Source: Azolla caroliniana (taxonomy: Eukaryota > Plantae > Polypodiophyta). Taken from it: a stretch of DNA of 64,000 bases. Below the pieces are notes generated by a model. It was given only the letters and a program-made list of their open reading frames with translations, did not search any database and was not told the origin of the DNA. Shown piece after piece: positions 62,757 through 64,000 of this stretch. The stretch's first letter is position 1, and every line of letters begins with the position of its first letter. The stretch is taken from positions 18,104,001-18,168,000 of the forward strand of contig JBHGNT010000008.1 of assembly GCA_043228905.1 (NCBI GenBank). The letters run 5' to 3'. The position numbers and the translations under genes were made by a program.

Positions 62757-63132
62757 AGGGTAGTTAGAAACCATGGTTTAAACCGTTTAACAATTTATTA
62801 TATTTTTTAATTTTTAAAATTTGTAATTTTTTTTAAAAGAATCTTTTCATTTTCAAGCCTTATTCTCACATTTTAGGAAAATCTTTAAAATTTTGAAAAA
62901 TTAAAATTTAAAATAATGAAATATTTTAAAATTAGAAATTAGAAATTAGAAATTTGAATTTTGACCTAAGTTGAAAACCAAAACCGAACCACAAATCCGC
63001 AGTTTTAATGGTTTAATGGTTTAATGATTTGAATTTTTTAAAGCGGTTTCATGGTTTGGTTCAAGTTTCAAATCAGTTCAGTTTTGACACTTGGAAACCG
63101 AACTAAACCGAACCGTTGCCAATTGTTACCCA
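62757..63132. mobile_element. Probable old MITE (hAT-like subterminal AACCG repeats)
   Basis: GGGTA…TACCC ends, clustered AAACCG/AACCGAA motifs around an AT-rich core; no TSD seen. Confidence 0.4.
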
Positions 63133-63329
63133 TAAAGGAGAAACCTTTCTTGTGAGCTTCTTGGCACAAATTATATTTTATAGCTATGACAATGTGCATC
63201 AAGAAATTCAAACTCTATTGATATCTCACCAATTACCATAGATTGATACCATTTTATACAACAATATATTCACTTATTTACCTACATTTTAAATGATACT
63301 AACCACATGAAATTTTGTTGTGTGGGGAC

Positions 63330-64000
63330 TCTTTACCTCTAATCTACTCTGATTCTCACTATTAGTTATGTTTACTCTAATGACTTTTGAGATATTATGG
63401 GCTTAGTGAATCACATGTGTAAATGCATGCATGCCTCATGACCTATAAGATTAGTAAGAGACAATGGTGATAAAATTTGTGGGAGTACTTAGATAATTGC
63501 TTGAAAATAAACTTAGATAAAATGGACAACAAATCATTAGCCTATATGTCCATGGAGGACAAGTTATAGACGAAAGGATGCATAGGAAATTACCACGAGC
63601 ACCTTGAGAGATGGAGAGGGAGATAAGTAGACAGATAGATTTTATAATATATCATCTTCAGAGGTAAAATATAACCTGCGAGATGGATACATAGATAGAT
63701 GGATAAGATTTTCACAAAATACAAGTAAAAGTGACAATAGACTCTCAATGCTCAAGAACTTTGCTAATGAATATGTCACAATTGAAAGTGGACACATGAC
63801 TGTGAGAGAACTTCATGCAAGGATTTGGTTTCAGTGTGGAAAGCATATTTGAATGTAATCAAGGGTAGAGCATTTCATCAAATGTGATACTCTGACTATT
63901 GAATTTATTTAGGACAAAGTGTATAATGTAAGCAACTACTCTCATCAAATGTGCCTGAATGCCCTGTCTCACGTCACAGTAAGTGTGAACTAAGTCATAT
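63330..64000 (+). mobile_element. Highly decayed Copia integrase-like relic
   Basis: Faint motifs only (DNG, LHA…WF, CNQG); no ORF. Confidence 0.25.

Overview
Plant nuclear DNA (spliceosomal introns, telo-boxes and a plastid tRNA relic; a non-seed land plant such as a fern is plausible but unproven). Positions 1-51,100 are a stack of nested, decayed transposons. There are four Ty1/Copia pieces, three Ty3/Gypsy elements with paired LTRs (A 259-7678, E 21255-31190, F 36573-43153), a Mutator-type MITE, a non-autonomous hAT element, two 3'-truncated L1 LINEs and a solo LTR. One intact-looking 10-exon host gene (54440-59792, about 878 aa) fuses an N-terminal DCD domain to a TRF4/PAPD5-like terminal nucleotidyltransferase. 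Best leads: (1) Gypsy E and F have no polypurine tract and instead carry a conserved, co-varying tRNA-like 3' half ending in CCA 2 nt before the 3' LTR, suggesting tRNA-primed or structured-RNA-primed plus-strand synthesis; (2) the DCD-nucleotidyltransferase fusion; (3) a -1 frameshift heptamer plus pseudoknot between protease and RT in Gypsy A; (4) a shared extra ORF of about 930-1030 codons in E and F; (5) a telomere-like filler and an apparently unprocessed cDNA end at one Gypsy E junction. All calls were made by eye. tRNA identities are from memory and need database confirmation.
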